Positions 23,701-37,026 of a DNA stretch of 64,000 nucleotides are shown in pieces. The stretch is from contig OZ059899.1 in NCBI GenBank assembly GCA_964057225.1, positions 10,540,001 through 10,604,000 on the forward strand. The letters run 5' to 3'. The notes below the pieces were generated by a model. The model was not told the origin of the DNA and searched no databases. It worked only from the letters and a program-made list of their open reading frames with translations. The stretch's first letter is position 1. The number at the start of each line of letters is the position of its first letter. Source of the stretch: Auanema rhodensis (lineage: Eukaryota > Animalia > Nematoda). Both the position numbers and the translations under genes were made by a program.

Positions 23701-26700
23701 AGGATGTCAATGATATCGAATCTAGTGATATTGTAGAAAAATGTAATGTCAGCTCCATAGGTTTTCTCTTAATTTCTCTCATCACAATTGTCTTAGTTTT
23801 TTTTCTCATAAGAGTTTCTGAAATCTTAGGTGAACAAGGCCGTATATATTTTTTTCTGGAATTCGAAAGCATTTGGGATGGAAATTAGAAAGAAAAGAAC
23901 TAGTTTTTCCTATTTTAAAACAAACAAAAAAAAATAAAATGAAAAAGATTGTTAGATATCCAATTTAAACTTATACATTTACTTCGATAAAGAGCCCATT
24001 AGTTTGAAATTTTATGTCTTACAGTTCTCCAACAGAACAGACTGATCCTGATTTCTCTATGATTATATAAAACTCTCGTTTGATATAAAAAAAGAAGAGG
24101 AATAACGTTTCCAGGATGTCAATGATATCGAATCTAGTGATATTGTAGAAAAATGTAATGTCAGCTCCATAGGTTTTCTCTTAATTTCTCTCATCACAAT
24201 TGTCTTAGTTTTTTTTCTCATAAGAGTTTCTGAAATCTTAGGTGAACAAGGCCGTATATATTTTTTTCTGGAAATCGAAAGCTTTTGGGATGGAAATTAG
24301 AAAGAAAAGAACTAGTTTTTCCTATTTTAAAACAAACAAAAAAAAATAAAATGAAAAAGATTGTTAGATATCCAATTTAAACTTATACATTTACTTCGAT
24401 AAAGAGCCTATTAGTTTGAAATTTTATGTCTTACAGTTCTCCAACAGAACAGACTGATCCTGATTTCTCTATGATTATATAAAACTCTCGTTTGATATAA
24501 AAAAAGAAGAGGAATAACGTTTCCAGGATGTCAATGATATCGAATCTAGTGATATTGTAGAAAAATGTAATGTCAGCTCCATAGGTTTTCTCTTAATTTC
24601 TCTCATCACAATTGTCTTAGTTTTTTTTCTCATAAGAGTTTCTGAAATCTTAGGTGAACAAGGCCGTATATATTTTTTTCTGGAATTCGAAAGCATTTGG
24701 GATGGAAATTAGAAAGAAAAGAACTAGTTTTTCCTATTTTAAAACAAACAAAAAAAAATAAAATGAAAAAGATTGTTAGATATCCAATTTAAACTTATAC
24801 ATTTACTTCGATAAAGAGCCTATTAGTTTGAAATTTTATGTCTTACAGTTCTCCTACAGAACAGACTGATCCTGATTTCTCTATGATTACATCAAACTCT
24901 CGTTCGATATAAAAAAAAGAAGAGGAATAACGTTTCCAGGATGTCATTGATATCGAATCTAGTGATATTGTAAAAAAATGTAATGTCAGCTCCATAGGTT
25001 TTCTCTTAATTTCTCTCATCACAATTGTCTTAGTTTTTTTTCTCATAAGAGTTTCTGAAATCTTAGGTGAACAAGGCCGTATATATTTTTTTCTGGAATT
25101 CGAAAGCATTTGGGATGGAAATTAGAAAGAAAAGAACTAGTTTTTCCTATTTTAAAACAAACAAAAAAAAATAAAATGAAAAAGATTGTTAGATATCCAA
25201 TTTAAACTTATACATTTACTTCGATAAAGAGCCTATTAGTTTGAAATTTTATGTCTTACAGTTCTCCAACAGAACAGACTGATCCTGATTTCTCTATGAT
25301 TATATAAAACTCTCGTTTGATATAAAAAAAGAAGAGGAATAACGTTTCCAGGATGTCAATGATATCGAATCTAGTGATATTGTAGAAAAATGTAATGTCA
25401 GCTCCATAGGTTTTCTCTTAATTTCTCTCATCACAATTGTCTTAGTTTTTTTTCTCATAAGAGTTTCTGAAATCTTAGGTGAACAAGGCCGTATATATTT
25501 TTTTCTGGAAATCGAAAGCATTTGGGATGGAAATTAGAAAGAAAAGAACTAGTTCTTCCTATTTTAAAACAAACAAAAAAAAATAAAATGAAAAAGATTG
25601 TTAGATATCCAATTTAAACTTATACATTTACTTCGATAAAGAGCCTATTAGTTTGAAATTTTATGTCTTACAGTTCTCCAACAGAACAGACTGATCCTGA
25701 TTTCTCTATGATTACATAAAACTCTCGTTTGATATAAAAAAAGAAGAGGAATAACGTTTCCAGGATGTCAATGATATCGAATCTAGTGATATTGTAGAAG
25801 AATGTAATGTCAGCTCCATAGGTTTTCTCTTAATTTCTCTCATCACAATTGTCTTAGTTTTTTTTCTCATAAGAGTTTCTGAAATCTTAGGTGAACAAGG
25901 CCGTATATATTTTTTTCTGGAATTCGAAAGCATTTGGGATGGAAATTAGAAAGAAAAGAACTAGTTTTTCCTATTCTAAAACAAACAAAAAAAAATAAAA
26001 TGAAAAAGATTGTTAGATATCCAATTTAAACTTATACATTTACTTCGATAAAGAGCCCATTAGTTTGAAATTTTATGTCTTACAGTTCTCCAACAGAACA
26101 GACTGATCCTGATTTCTCTATGATTACATAAAACTCTCGTTTGATATAAAAAAGAAGAGGAATAACGTTTCCAGGATGTCAATGATATCGAATCTAGTGA
26201 TATTGTAGAAAAATGTAATGTCAGCTCCATAGGTTTTCTCTTAATTTCTCTCATCACAATTGTCTTATTTTTTTTTCATAAGAGTTTCTGAAATCTTAGT
26301 TGAACAAGGCCGTATATATATTTTCCTGGAATTCGAAAGCATTTGGGATGGAAATTAGAAAGAAAAGAACTAGTTTTTCCTACTTTAAAACGAACAATAA
26401 GAAATAAAATAAAAAAGATTGTTAGATATCCAATTTAAACTTATACATTTACTTCGATAAAGAGCCTATTAGTTGGAAATTTTATGTCTTACAGTTCTCC
26501 AACAGAACAGACTGATCCTGATTTCTCTATGATTACATAAAACTCTCGTTTGATATAAAAAAAGAAGAGGAATAACGTTTCCAGGATGTCAATGATATCG
26601 AATCTAGTGATATTGTAGAAAAATGTAATGTCAGCTCCATAGGTTTTCTCTTAATTTCTCTCATCACAATTGTCTTAGTTTTTTTCCATAAGAGTTTCTG

Positions 26701-29178
26701 AAATCTTACTTGACCAAGGCCTTATATATTTTTCTGGAATTCGAAAGTATTTAGGATGGAAATTAAAAAGAAAAGAACTAGTTTTTCCTACTTTAAAACA
26801 AACAATAAGAAATAAAATAAAAAAGATTGTTAGATATCCAATTTAAACTTATACATTTACTTTGATAAAGAGCCTATTAGTTTGAAATTTTATGTCTTAC
26901 AGTTCTCCAACAGAACAGACTGATCCTGATTTCTCTATGATTACATAAAACTCTCGTTTGATATGAAAAAAGAAGAGGAATAACGTTTCCAGGATGTCAA
27001 TGATATCGAATCTAGTGATATTGTAGAAAAATGTAATGTCAGCTCCATAGGTTTTCTCTTAATTTCTCTCATCACAATTGTCTTAGTTTTTTTTCTCATT
27101 AGAGTTTCTGAAATCTTAGGTGAACAAGGCCGTATATATTTTTTTCTGGAATTCGAAAGCATTTGGGATGGACATTAGAAGAAAAAGAACTAGTTTTTCC
27201 TACTTTAAAACAAACAAAAAAAAATAAAATGAAAAAGATTGTTAGATATCCAATTTAAACTTATACATTTACTTCGATAAAGAGCCTATTAGTTTGAAAT
27301 TTTATGTCTTACACTTCTCCAACAGAACAGACTGATCCTGATTTCTCTATGATTACATAAAACTCTCGTTTGATATAAAAAAAGAAGAGGAATAACGTTT
27401 CCAGGATATCAATGATATCGAATCTAGTGATATTGTAGAAAAATGTAATGTCAGCTCCATAGTTTTTCTCTTAATTTCTCTCATCACAATAGTCTTATTT
27501 TTTTTTCATAAGAGTTTCTGAAATCTTAGTTGAACAAGGCCGTATATATATTTTCCTGGAATTCGAAAGCATTTGGGATGGAAATTAGAAAGAAAAGAAC
27601 TAGTTTTTCCTACTTTAAAACGAACAATAAGAAATAAAATAAAAAAGATTGTTAGATATCCAATTTAAACTTATACATTTACTTCGATAAAGAGCCTATT
27701 AGTTTGAAATTTTATGTCTTACAGTTCTCCAACAGAACAGACTGATCCTGATTTCTCTATGATTACATAAAACTCTCGTTTGATATAAAAAAAGAAGAGG
27801 AATAACGTTTCCAGGATGTCAATGATATCGAATCTAGTGATATTGTAGAAAAATGTAATGTCAGCTCCATAGGTTTTCTCTTAATTTCTCTCATCACAAT
27901 TGTCTTAGTTTTTTTCCATAAGAGTTTCTGAAATCTTACTTGACCAAGGCCTTATATATTTTTCTGGAATTCGAAAGTATTTAGGATGGAAATTAAAAAG
28001 AAAAGAACTAGTTTTTCCTACTTTAAAACAAACAATAAGAAATAAAATAAAAAAGATTGTTAGATATCCAATTTAAACTTATACATTTACTTTGATAAAG
28101 AGCCTATTAGTTTGAAATTTTATGTCTTACAGTTCTCCAACAGAACAGACTGATCCTGATTTCTCTATGATTACATAAAACTCTCGTTTGATATAAAAAA
28201 AGAAGAGGAATAACGTTTCCAGGATGTCAATGATATCGAATCTAGTGATATTGTAGAAAAATGTAATGTCAGCTCCATAGGTTTTCTCTTAATTTCTCTC
28301 ATCACAATTGTCTTAGTTTTTTTTCTCATTAGAGTTTCTGAAATCTTAGGTGAACAAGGCCGTATATATTTTTTTCTGGAATTCGAAAGCATTTGGGATG
28401 GACATTAGAAGAAAAAGAACTAGTTTTTCCTACTTTAAAACAAACAAAAAAAAAATAAAATGAAAAAGATTGTTAGATATCCAATTTAAACTTATACATT
28501 TACTTCGATAAAGAGCCTATTAGTTTGAAATTTTATGTCTTACAGTTCTCCAACAGAACAGACTGATCCTGATTTCTCTATGATTACATAAAACTCTCGT
28601 TTGATATAAAAAAAGAAGAGGAATAACGTTTCCAGGATATCAATGATATCGAATCTAGTGATATTGTAGAAAAATGTAATGTCAGCTCCATAGTTTTTCT
28701 CTTAATTTCTCTCATCACAATAGTCTTATTTTTTTTTCATAAGAGTTTCTGAAATCTTAGTTGAACAAGGCCGTATATATATTTTCCTGGAATTCGAAAG
28801 CATTTGGGATGGAAATTAGAAAGAAAAGAACTAGTTTTTCCTACTTTAAAACGAACAATAAGAAATAAAATAAAAAAGATTGTTAGATATCCAATTTAAA
28901 CTTATACATTTACTTCGATAAAGAGCCTATTAGTTTGAAATTTTATGTCTTACAGTTCTCCAACAGAACAGACTGATCCTGATTTCTCTATGATTACATA
29001 AAACTCTCGTTTGATATACAAAAAGGAGAGGAATAACGTTTCCAGGATATCAATGATATCGAATCTAGTGATATTGTAGAAAAATGTAATGTCAGCTCCA
29101 TAGTTTTTCTCTAAATTTCTCTCATCACAATAGTCTTATTTTTTTTTCATAAGAGTTTCGGAAATCTTAGTTGAACAA

Positions 29179-29251
29179 GGCCGCGTGGCGCAATGGATAA
29201 CGCGTCTGCCTACGGAGCAGAAGATTGTAGGTTCGAATCCTGCCGTGGTCG
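29179..29251 (+). tRNA. tRNA-Arg(ACG)
   Basis: Identical 73-nt sequence, followed by a T7 terminator; lies in the 3.89-kb higher-order repeat. Confidence 0.97.
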
Positions 29252-32200
29252 TAAATTTTTTTCATTTGATTTGTCATTTACAAAAATCAAACTTATCTTC
29301 TTCAACGATTATTTTTGCAATGTGTCATAAAAATTTCACAGTTGAACAAAACGTTTTTTAAGAATTTTTTTTGTTGTCAACATATATATTTTCCTGGAAT
29401 TCGAAAGCATTTGGGATGGAAATTAGAAAGAAAAGAACTAGTTTTTCCTATTTTAAAACAAACAAAAAAAAATAAAATGAAAAAGATTGTTAGATATCCA
29501 ATTTAAACTTATACATTTACTTCGATAAAGAGCCTATTAGTTTGAAATTTTATGTCTTACAGTTCTCCAACAGAACAGACTGATCCTGATTTCTCTATGA
29601 TTACATAAAACTCTCGTTTGATATAAAAAAAGAAGAGGAATAACGTTTCCAGGATGTCAATGATATCGAATCTAGTGATATTGTAAAAAAATGTAATGTC
29701 AGCTCCATAGGTTTTCTCTTAATTTCTCTCATCACAATTGTCTTAGTTTTTTTTCTCATAAGAGTTTCTGAAATCTTAGGTGAACAAGGCCGTATATATT
29801 TTTTTCTGGAATTCGAAAGCATTTGGGATGGAAATTAGAAAGAAAAGAACTAGTTTTTCCTATTCTAAAACAAACAAAAAAAAATAAAATGAAAAAGATT
29901 GTTAGATATCCAATTTAAACTTATACATTTACTTCGATAAAGAGCCCATTAGTTTGAAATTTTATGTCTTACAGTTCTCCAACAGAACAGACTGATCCTG
30001 ATTTCTCTATGATTACATAAAACTCTCGTTTGATATAAAAAAGAAGAGGAATAACGTTTCCAGGATGTCAATGATATCGAATCTAGTGATATTGTAGAAA
30101 AATGTAATGTCAGCTCCATAGGTTTTCTCTTAATTTCTCTCATCACAATTGTCTTATTTTTTTTTCATAAGAGTTTCTGAAATCTTAGTTGAACAAGGCC
30201 GTATATATATTTTCCTGGAATTCGAAAGCATTTGGGATGGAAATTAGAAAGAAAAGAACTAGTTTTTCCTACTTTAAAACGAACAATAAGAAATAAAATA
30301 AAAAAGATTGTTAGATATCCAATTTAAACTTATACATTTACTTCGATAAAGAGCCTATTAGTTTGAAATTTTATGTCTTACAGTTCTCCAACAGAACAGA
30401 CTGATCCTGATTTCTCTATGATTACATAAAACTCTCGTTTGATATAAAAAAAGAAGAGGAATAACGTTTCCAGGATGTCAATGATATCGAATCTAGTGAT
30501 ATTGTAGAAAAATGTAATGTCAGCTCCATAGGTTTTCTCTTAATTTCTCTCATCACAATTGTCTTAGTTTTTTTCCATAAGAGTTTCTGAAATCTTACTT
30601 GACCAAGGCCTTATATATTTTTCTGGAATTCGAAAGTATTTAGGATGGAAATTAAAAAGAAAAGAACTAGTTTTTCCTACTTTAAAACAAACAATAAGAA
30701 ATAAAATAAAAAAGATTGTTAGATATCCAATTTAAACTTATACATTTACTTTGATAAAGAGCCTATTAGTTTGAAATTTTATGTCTTACAGTTCTCCAAC
30801 AGAACAGACTGATCCTGATTTCTCTATGATTACATAAAACTCTCGTTTGATATAAAAAAAGAAGAGGAATAACGTTTCCAGGATGTCAATGATATCGAAT
30901 CTAGTGATATTGTAGAAAAATGTAATGTCAGCTCCATAGGTTTTCTCTTAATTTCTCTCATCACAATTGTCTTAGTTTTTTTTCTCATTAGAGTTTCTGA
31001 AATCTTAGGTGAACAAGGCCGTATATATTTTTTTCTGGAATTCGAAAGCATTTGGGATGGACATTAGAAGAAAAAGAACTAGTTTTTCCTACTTTAAAAC
31101 AAACAAAAAAAAATAAAATGAAAAAGATTGTTAGATATCCAATTTAAACTTATACATTTACTTCGATAAAGAGCCTATTAGTTTGAAATTTTATGTCTTA
31201 CAGTTCTCCAACAGAACAGACTGATCCTGATTTCTCTATGATTACATAAAACTCTCGTTTGATATAAAAAAAGAAGAGGAATAACGTTTCCAGGATATCA
31301 ATGATATCGAATCTAGTGATATTGTAGAAAAATGTAATGTCAGCTCCATAGTTTTTCTCTTAATTTCTCTCATCACAATAGTCTTATTTTTTTTTCATAA
31401 GAGTTTCTGAAATCTTAGTTGAACAAGGCCGTATATATATTTTCCTGGAATTCGAAAGCATTTGGGATGGAAATTAGAAAGAAAAGAACTAGTTTTTCCT
31501 ACTTTAAAACGAACAATAAGAAATAAAATAAAAAAGATTGTTAGATATCCAATTTAAACTTATACATTTACTTCGATAAAGAGCCTATTAGTTTGAAATT
31601 TTATGTCTTACAGTTCTCCAACAGAACAGACTGATCCTGATTTCTCTATGATTACATAAAACTCTCGTTTGATATAAAAAAAGAAGAGGAATAACGTTTC
31701 CAGGATGTCAATGATATCGAATCTAGTGATATTGTAGAAAAATGTAATGTCAGCTCCATAGGTTTTCTCTTAATTTCTCTCATCACAATTGTCTTAGTTT
31801 TTTTCCATAAGAGTTTCTGAAATCTTACTTGACCAAGGCCTTATATATTTTTCTGGAATTCGAAAGTATTTAGGATGGAAATTAAAAAGAAAAGAACTAG
31901 TTTTTCCTACTTTAAAACAAACAATAAGAAATAAAATAAAAAAGATTGTTAGATATCCAATTTAAACTTATACATTTACTTTGATAAAGAGCCTATTAGT
32001 TTGAAATTTTATGTCTTACAGTTCTCCAACAGAACAGACTGATCCTGATTTCTCTATGATTACATAAAACTCTCGTTTGATATAAAAAAAGAAGAGGAAT
32101 AACGTTTCCAGGATGTCAATGATATCGAATCTAGTGATATTGTAGAAAAATGTAATGTCAGCTCCATAGGTTTTCTCTTAATTTCTCTCATCACAATTGT

Positions 32201-33066
32201 CTTAGTTTTTTTTCTCATTAGAGTTTCTGAAATCTTAGGTGAACAAGGCCGTATATATTTTTTTCTGGAATTCGAAAGCATTTGGGATGGACATTAGAAG
32301 AAAAAGAACTAGTTTTTCCTACTTTAAAACAAACAAAAAAAAATAAAATGAAAAAGATTGTTAGATATCCAATTTAAACTTATACATTTACTTCGATAAA
32401 GAGCCTATTAGTTTGAAATTTTATGTCTTACAGTTCTCCAACAGAACAGACTGATCCTGATTTCTCTATGATTACATAAAACTCTCGTTTGATATAAAAA
32501 AAGAAGAGGAATAACGTTTCCAGGATATCAATGATATCGAATCTAGTGATATTGTAGAAAAATGTAATGTCAGCTCCATAGTTTTTCTCTTAATTTCTCT
32601 CATCACAATAGTCTTATTTTTTTTTCATAAGAGTTTCTGAAATCTTAGTTGAACAAGGCCGTATATATATTTTCCTGGAATTCGAAAGCATTTGGGATGG
32701 AAATTAGAAAGAAAAGAACTAGTTTTTCCTACTTTAAAACGAACAATAAGAAATAAAATAAAAAAGATTGTTAGATATCCAATTTAAACTTATACATTTA
32801 CTTCGATAAAGAGCCTATTAGTTTGAAATTTTATGTCTTACAGTTCTCCAACAGAACAGACTGATCCTGATTTCTCTATGATTACATAAAACTCTCGTTT
32901 GATATACAAAAAGGAGAGGAATAACGTTTCCAGGATATCAATGATATCGAATCTAGTGATATTGTAGAAAAATGTAATGTCAGCTCCATAGTTTTTCTCT
33001 AAATTTCTCTCATCACAATAGTCTTATTTTTTTTTCATAAGAGTTTCGGAAATCTTAGTTGAACAA

Positions 33067-33139
33067 GGCCGCGTGGCGCAATGGATAACGCGTCTGCCTA
33101 CGGAGCAGAAGATTGTAGGTTCGAATCCTGCCGTGGTCG
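33067..33139 (+). tRNA. tRNA-Arg(ACG)
   Basis: Identical 73-nt sequence, 3888 bp after the previous copy. Confidence 0.97.
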
Positions 33140-36100
33140 TAAATTTTTTTCATTTGATTTGTCATTTACAAAAATCAAACTTATCTTCTTCAACGATTAT
33201 TTTTGCAATGTGTCATAAAAATTTCACAGTTGAACAAAACGTTTTTTAAGAATTTTTTTTGTTGTCAACATATATATTTTCCTGGAATTCGAAAGCATTT
33301 GGGATGGAAATTAGAAAGAAAAGAACTAGTTTTTCCTATTTTAAAACAAACAAAAAAAAATAAAATGAAAAAGATTGTTAGATATCCAATTTAAACTTAT
33401 ACATTTACTTCGATAAAGAGCCTATTAGTTTGAAATTTTATGTCTTACAGTTCTCCAACAGAACAGACTGATCCTGATTTCTCTATGATTACATAAAACT
33501 CTCGTTTGATATAAAAAAAGAAGAGGAATAACGTTTCCAGGATGTCAATGATATCGAATCTAGTGATATTGTAAAAAAATGTAATGTCAGCTCCATAGGT
33601 TTTCTCTTAATTTCTCTCATCACAATTGTCTTAGTTTTTTTTCTCATAAGAGTTTCTGAAATCTTAGGTGAACAAGGCCGTATATATTTTTTTCTGGAAT
33701 TCGAAAGCATTTGGGATGGAAATTAGAAAGAAAAAAACTAGTTTTTCCTATTCTAAAACAAACAAAAAAAAATAAAATGAAAAAGATTGTTAGATATCCA
33801 ATTTAAACTTATACATTTACTTCGATAAAGAGCCCATTAGTTTGAAATTTTATGTCTTACAGTTCTCCAACAGAACAGACTGATCCTGATTTCTCTATGA
33901 TTACATAAAACTCTCGTTTGATATAAAAAAGAAGAGGAATAACGTTTCCAGGATGTCAATGATATCGAATCTAGTGATATTGTAGAAAAATGTAATGTCA
34001 GCTCCATAGGTTTTCTCTTAATTTCTCTCATCACAATTGTCTAATTTTTTTTTCATAAGAGTTTCTGAAATCTTAGTTGAACAAGGCCGTATATATATTT
34101 TCCTGGAATTCGAAAGCATTTGGGATGGAAATTAGAAAGAAAAGAACTAGTTTTTCCTACTTTAAAACGAACAATAAGAAATAAAATAAAAAAGATTGTT
34201 AGATATCCAATTTAAACTTATACATTTACTTCGATAAAGAGCCTATTAGTTTGAAATTTTATGTCTTACAGTTCTCCAACAGAACAGACTGATCCTGATT
34301 TCTCTATGATTACATAAAACTCTCGTTTGATATAAAAAAAGAAGAGGAATAACGTTTCCAGGATGTCAATGATATCGAATCTAGTGATATTGTAGAAAAA
34401 TGTAATGTCAGCTCCATAGGTTTTCTCTTAATTTCTCTCATCACAATTGTCTTAGTTTTTTTCCATAAGAGTTTCTGAAATCTTACTTGACCAAGGCCTT
34501 ATATATTTTTCTGGAATTCGAAAGTATTTAGGATGGAAATTAAAAAGAAAAGAACTAGTTTTTCCTACTTTAAAACAAACAATAAGAAATAAAATAAAAA
34601 AGATTGTTAGATATCCAATTTAAACTTATACATTTACTTTGATAAAGAGCCTATTAGTTTGAAATTTTATGTCTTACAGTTCTCCAACAGAACAGACTGA
34701 TCCTGATTTCTCTATGATTACATAAAACTCTCGTTTGATATAAAAAAAGAAGAGGAATAACGTTTCCAGGATGTCAATGATATCGAATCTAGTGATATTG
34801 TAGAAAAATGTAATGTCAGCTCCATAGGTTTTCTCTTAATTTCTCTCATCACAATTGTCTTAGTTTTTTTTCTCATTAGAGTTTCTGAAATCTTAGGTGA
34901 ACAAGGCCGTATATATTTTTTTCTGGAATTCGAAAGCATTTGGGATGGACATTAGAAGAAAAAGAACTAGTTTTTCCTACTTTAAAACAAACAAAAAAAA
35001 ATAAAATGAAAAAGATTGTTAGATATCCAATTTAAACTTATACATTTACTTCGATAAAGAGCCTATTAGTTTGAAATTTTATGTCTTACAGTTCTCCAAC
35101 AGAACAGACTGATCCTGATTTCTCTATGATTACATAAAACTCTCGTTTGATATAAAAAAAGAAGAGGAATAACGTTTCCAGGATATCAATGATATCGAAT
35201 CTAGTGATATTGTAGAAAAATGTAATGTCAGCTCCATAGTTTTTCTCTTAATTTCTCTCATCACAATAGTCTTATTTTTTTTCATAAGAGTTTCTGAAAT
35301 CTTAGTTGAACAAGGCCGTATATATATTTTCCTGGAATTCGAAAGCATTTGGGATGGAAATTAGAAAGAAAAGAACTAGTTTTTCCTACTTTAAAACGAA
35401 CAATAAGAAATAAAATAAAAAAGATTGTTAGATATCCAATTTAAACTTATACATTTACTTCGATAAAGAGCCTATTAGTTTGAAATTTTATGTCTTACAG
35501 TTCTCCAACAGAACAGACTGATCCTGATTTCTCTATGATTACATAAAACTCTCGTTTGATATAAAAAAAGAAGAGGAATAACGTTTCCAGGATGTCAATG
35601 ATATCGAATCTAGTGATATTGTAGAAAAATGTAATGTCAGCTCCATAGGTTTTCTCTTAATTTCTCTCATCACAATTGTCTTAGTTTTTTTCCATAAGAG
35701 TTTCTGAAATCTTACTTGACCAAGGCCTTATATATTTTTCTGGAATTCGAAAGTATTTAGGATGGAAATTAAAAAGAAAAGAACTAGTTTTTCCTACTTT
35801 AAAACAAACAATAAGAAATAAAATAAAAAAGATTGTTAGATATCCAATTTAAACTTATACATTTACTTTGATAAAGAGCCTATTAGTTTGAAATTTTATG
35901 TCTTACAGTTCTCCAACAGAACAGACTGATCCTGATTTCTCTATGATTACATAAAACTCTCGTTTGATATAAAAAAAGAAGAGGAATAACGTTTCCAGGA
36001 TGTCAATGATATCGAATCTAGTGATATTGTAGAAAAATGTAATGTCAGCTCCATAGGTTTTCTCTTAATTTCTCTCATCACAATTGTCTTAGTTTTTTTT

Positions 36101-36953
36101 CTCATTAGAGTTTCTGAAATCTTAGGTGAACAAGGCCGTATATATTTTTTTCTGGAATTCGAAAGCATTTGGGATGGACATTAGAAGAAAAAGAACTAGT
36201 TTTTCCTACTTTAAAACAAACAAAAAAAAATAAAATGAAAAAGATTGTTAGATATCCAATTTAAACTTATACATTTACTTCGATAAAGAGCCTATTAGTT
36301 TGAAATTTTATGTCTTACAGTTCTCCAACAGAACAGACTGATCCTGATTTCTCTATGATTACATAAAACTCTCGTTTGATATAAAAAAAGAAGAGGAATA
36401 ACGTTTCCAGGATATCAATGATATCGAATCTAGTGATATTGTAGAAAAATGTAATGTCAGCTCCATAGTTTTTCTCTTAATTTCTCTCATCACAATAGTC
36501 TTATTTTTTTTTCATAAGAGTTTCTGAAATCTTAGTTGAACAAGGCCGTATATATATTTTCCTGGAATTCGAAAGCATTTGGGATGGAAATTAGAAAGAA
36601 AAGAACTAGTTTTTCCTACTTTAAAACGAACAATAAGAAATAAAATAAAAAAGATTGTTAGATATCCAATTTAAACTTATACATTTACTTCGATAAAGAG
36701 CCTATTAGTTTGAAATTTTATGTCTTACAGTTCTCCAACAGAACAGACTGATCCTGATTTCTCTATGATTACATAAAACTCTCGTTTGATATACAAAAAG
36801 GAGAGGAATAACGTTTCCAGGATATCAATGATATCGAATCTAGTGATATTGTAGAAAAATGTAATGTCAGCTCCATAGTTTTTCTCTAAATTTCTCTCAT
36901 CACAATAGTCTTATTTTTTTTTCATAAGAGTTTCGGAAATCTTAGTTGAACAA

Positions 36954-37026
36954 GGCCGCGTGGCGCAATGGATAACGCGTCTGCCTACGGAGCAGAAGAT
37001 TGTAGGTTCGAATCCTGCCGTGGTCG
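36954..37026 (+). tRNA. tRNA-Arg(ACG)
   Basis: Identical 73-nt sequence, 3887 bp after the previous copy. Confidence 0.97.
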
